A stretch of 64,000 nt of DNA from contig CBDBPB010000001.1 in NCBI GenBank assembly GCA_965208615.1, positions 385,429-449,428 on the forward strand, read 5' to 3'. The notes under the pieces are model-generated. The model did no database searches. It was not told the origin of the DNA and saw only the letters and a program-made list of their open reading frames with translations. A program made the translations under genes and the position numbers. This DNA is from Spirochaetota bacterium (lineage in GTDB: Bacteria > Spirochaetota > UBA6919 > CBDBPB01). Below, one piece after another: positions 63,522 through 64,000 of this stretch. The stretch's first letter is position 1, and every line of letters starts with the position of its first letter.

Positions 63522-64000
63522 ACAAAACCTCCAATTTTATAATTAATTTTTAATTTATTAAAACTTATTTTTCTATGCAGTAATATAACAAAATGACTAA
63601 AATGATTATTTATAGTATTAAGTTATTAATATTATAAATAACGTCAAATTTTTAAAGAAAAAAACCTACAGAATTCAGTTATAAATGTATAATATTAATT
63701 TATTCATTAATTTTTAGTCGCAAGTAAAATAGTTCAATACTTCTAATACGGCTATATCATTTAGGTAATAACACCTTAAGCAAAACATTAATTAAAAAAA
63801 AAACACTGATTTATAAAATATAGATACTAATTATAAAGCTAAAATATAAAATAATATTTGACTATTAAATTTTCATTTGTTAATTTTAAAGATAATTAAC
63901 TTATCTATAAGTTATAATAGCAATAAACTATATCTTCGATTCTTTATAAAAGAAAACGGTAGTTTTTTATATTGATAGAATTGAGAATAATATGATTAAA

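Overview
Very AT-rich bacterial chromosomal window, probably from a spirochaete-related lineage. This is inferred from a PUR/BpuR-family protein, a DUF5312-like protein, a spirochaete-type conserved protein, a PEGA lipoprotein and a dcw fragment without ftsI; the LptF/G, dapL, dapB and DAP-type MurE genes point to an LPS- and DAP-containing member. Most of the window is housekeeping: gap-pgk-tpiA-secG, rsmH-ftsL-murE-murF-mraY, hemA, dapB, dapL, ilvE, ftsY, lpdA, c-di-GMP/cAMP enzymes and an MCP. No rRNA, tRNA, transposase, integrase or CRISPR-cas was recognised. The main unexplained feature is a ~2 kb non-coding interval (20310-22372) between a secreted WD40 gene and the PUR-family nucleic-acid-binding gene. 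It holds a head-to-tail array of four 318-bp, hairpin-rich, strand-skewed units in an A-A-B-B variant pattern, a candidate structured-RNA array. Other oddities: two adjacent membrane-protein genes (TM2 and DUF805) with a near-identical C-terminal module; an orphan Na+-type V-ATPase K subunit overlapping a CPA2 antiporter; an LptF/G with a ~440-aa repeat-containing insertion; a GlnD-like HD-ACT-ACT protein lacking the transferase domain; tusA with a DsrN-like amidase behind dapL; +1 poly-A frameshifts in ftsY and the WD40 gene; an 8-bp x8 microsatellite before adhP; and a HAD gene with no canonical start codon. All product calls come from motif recognition, not database searches.
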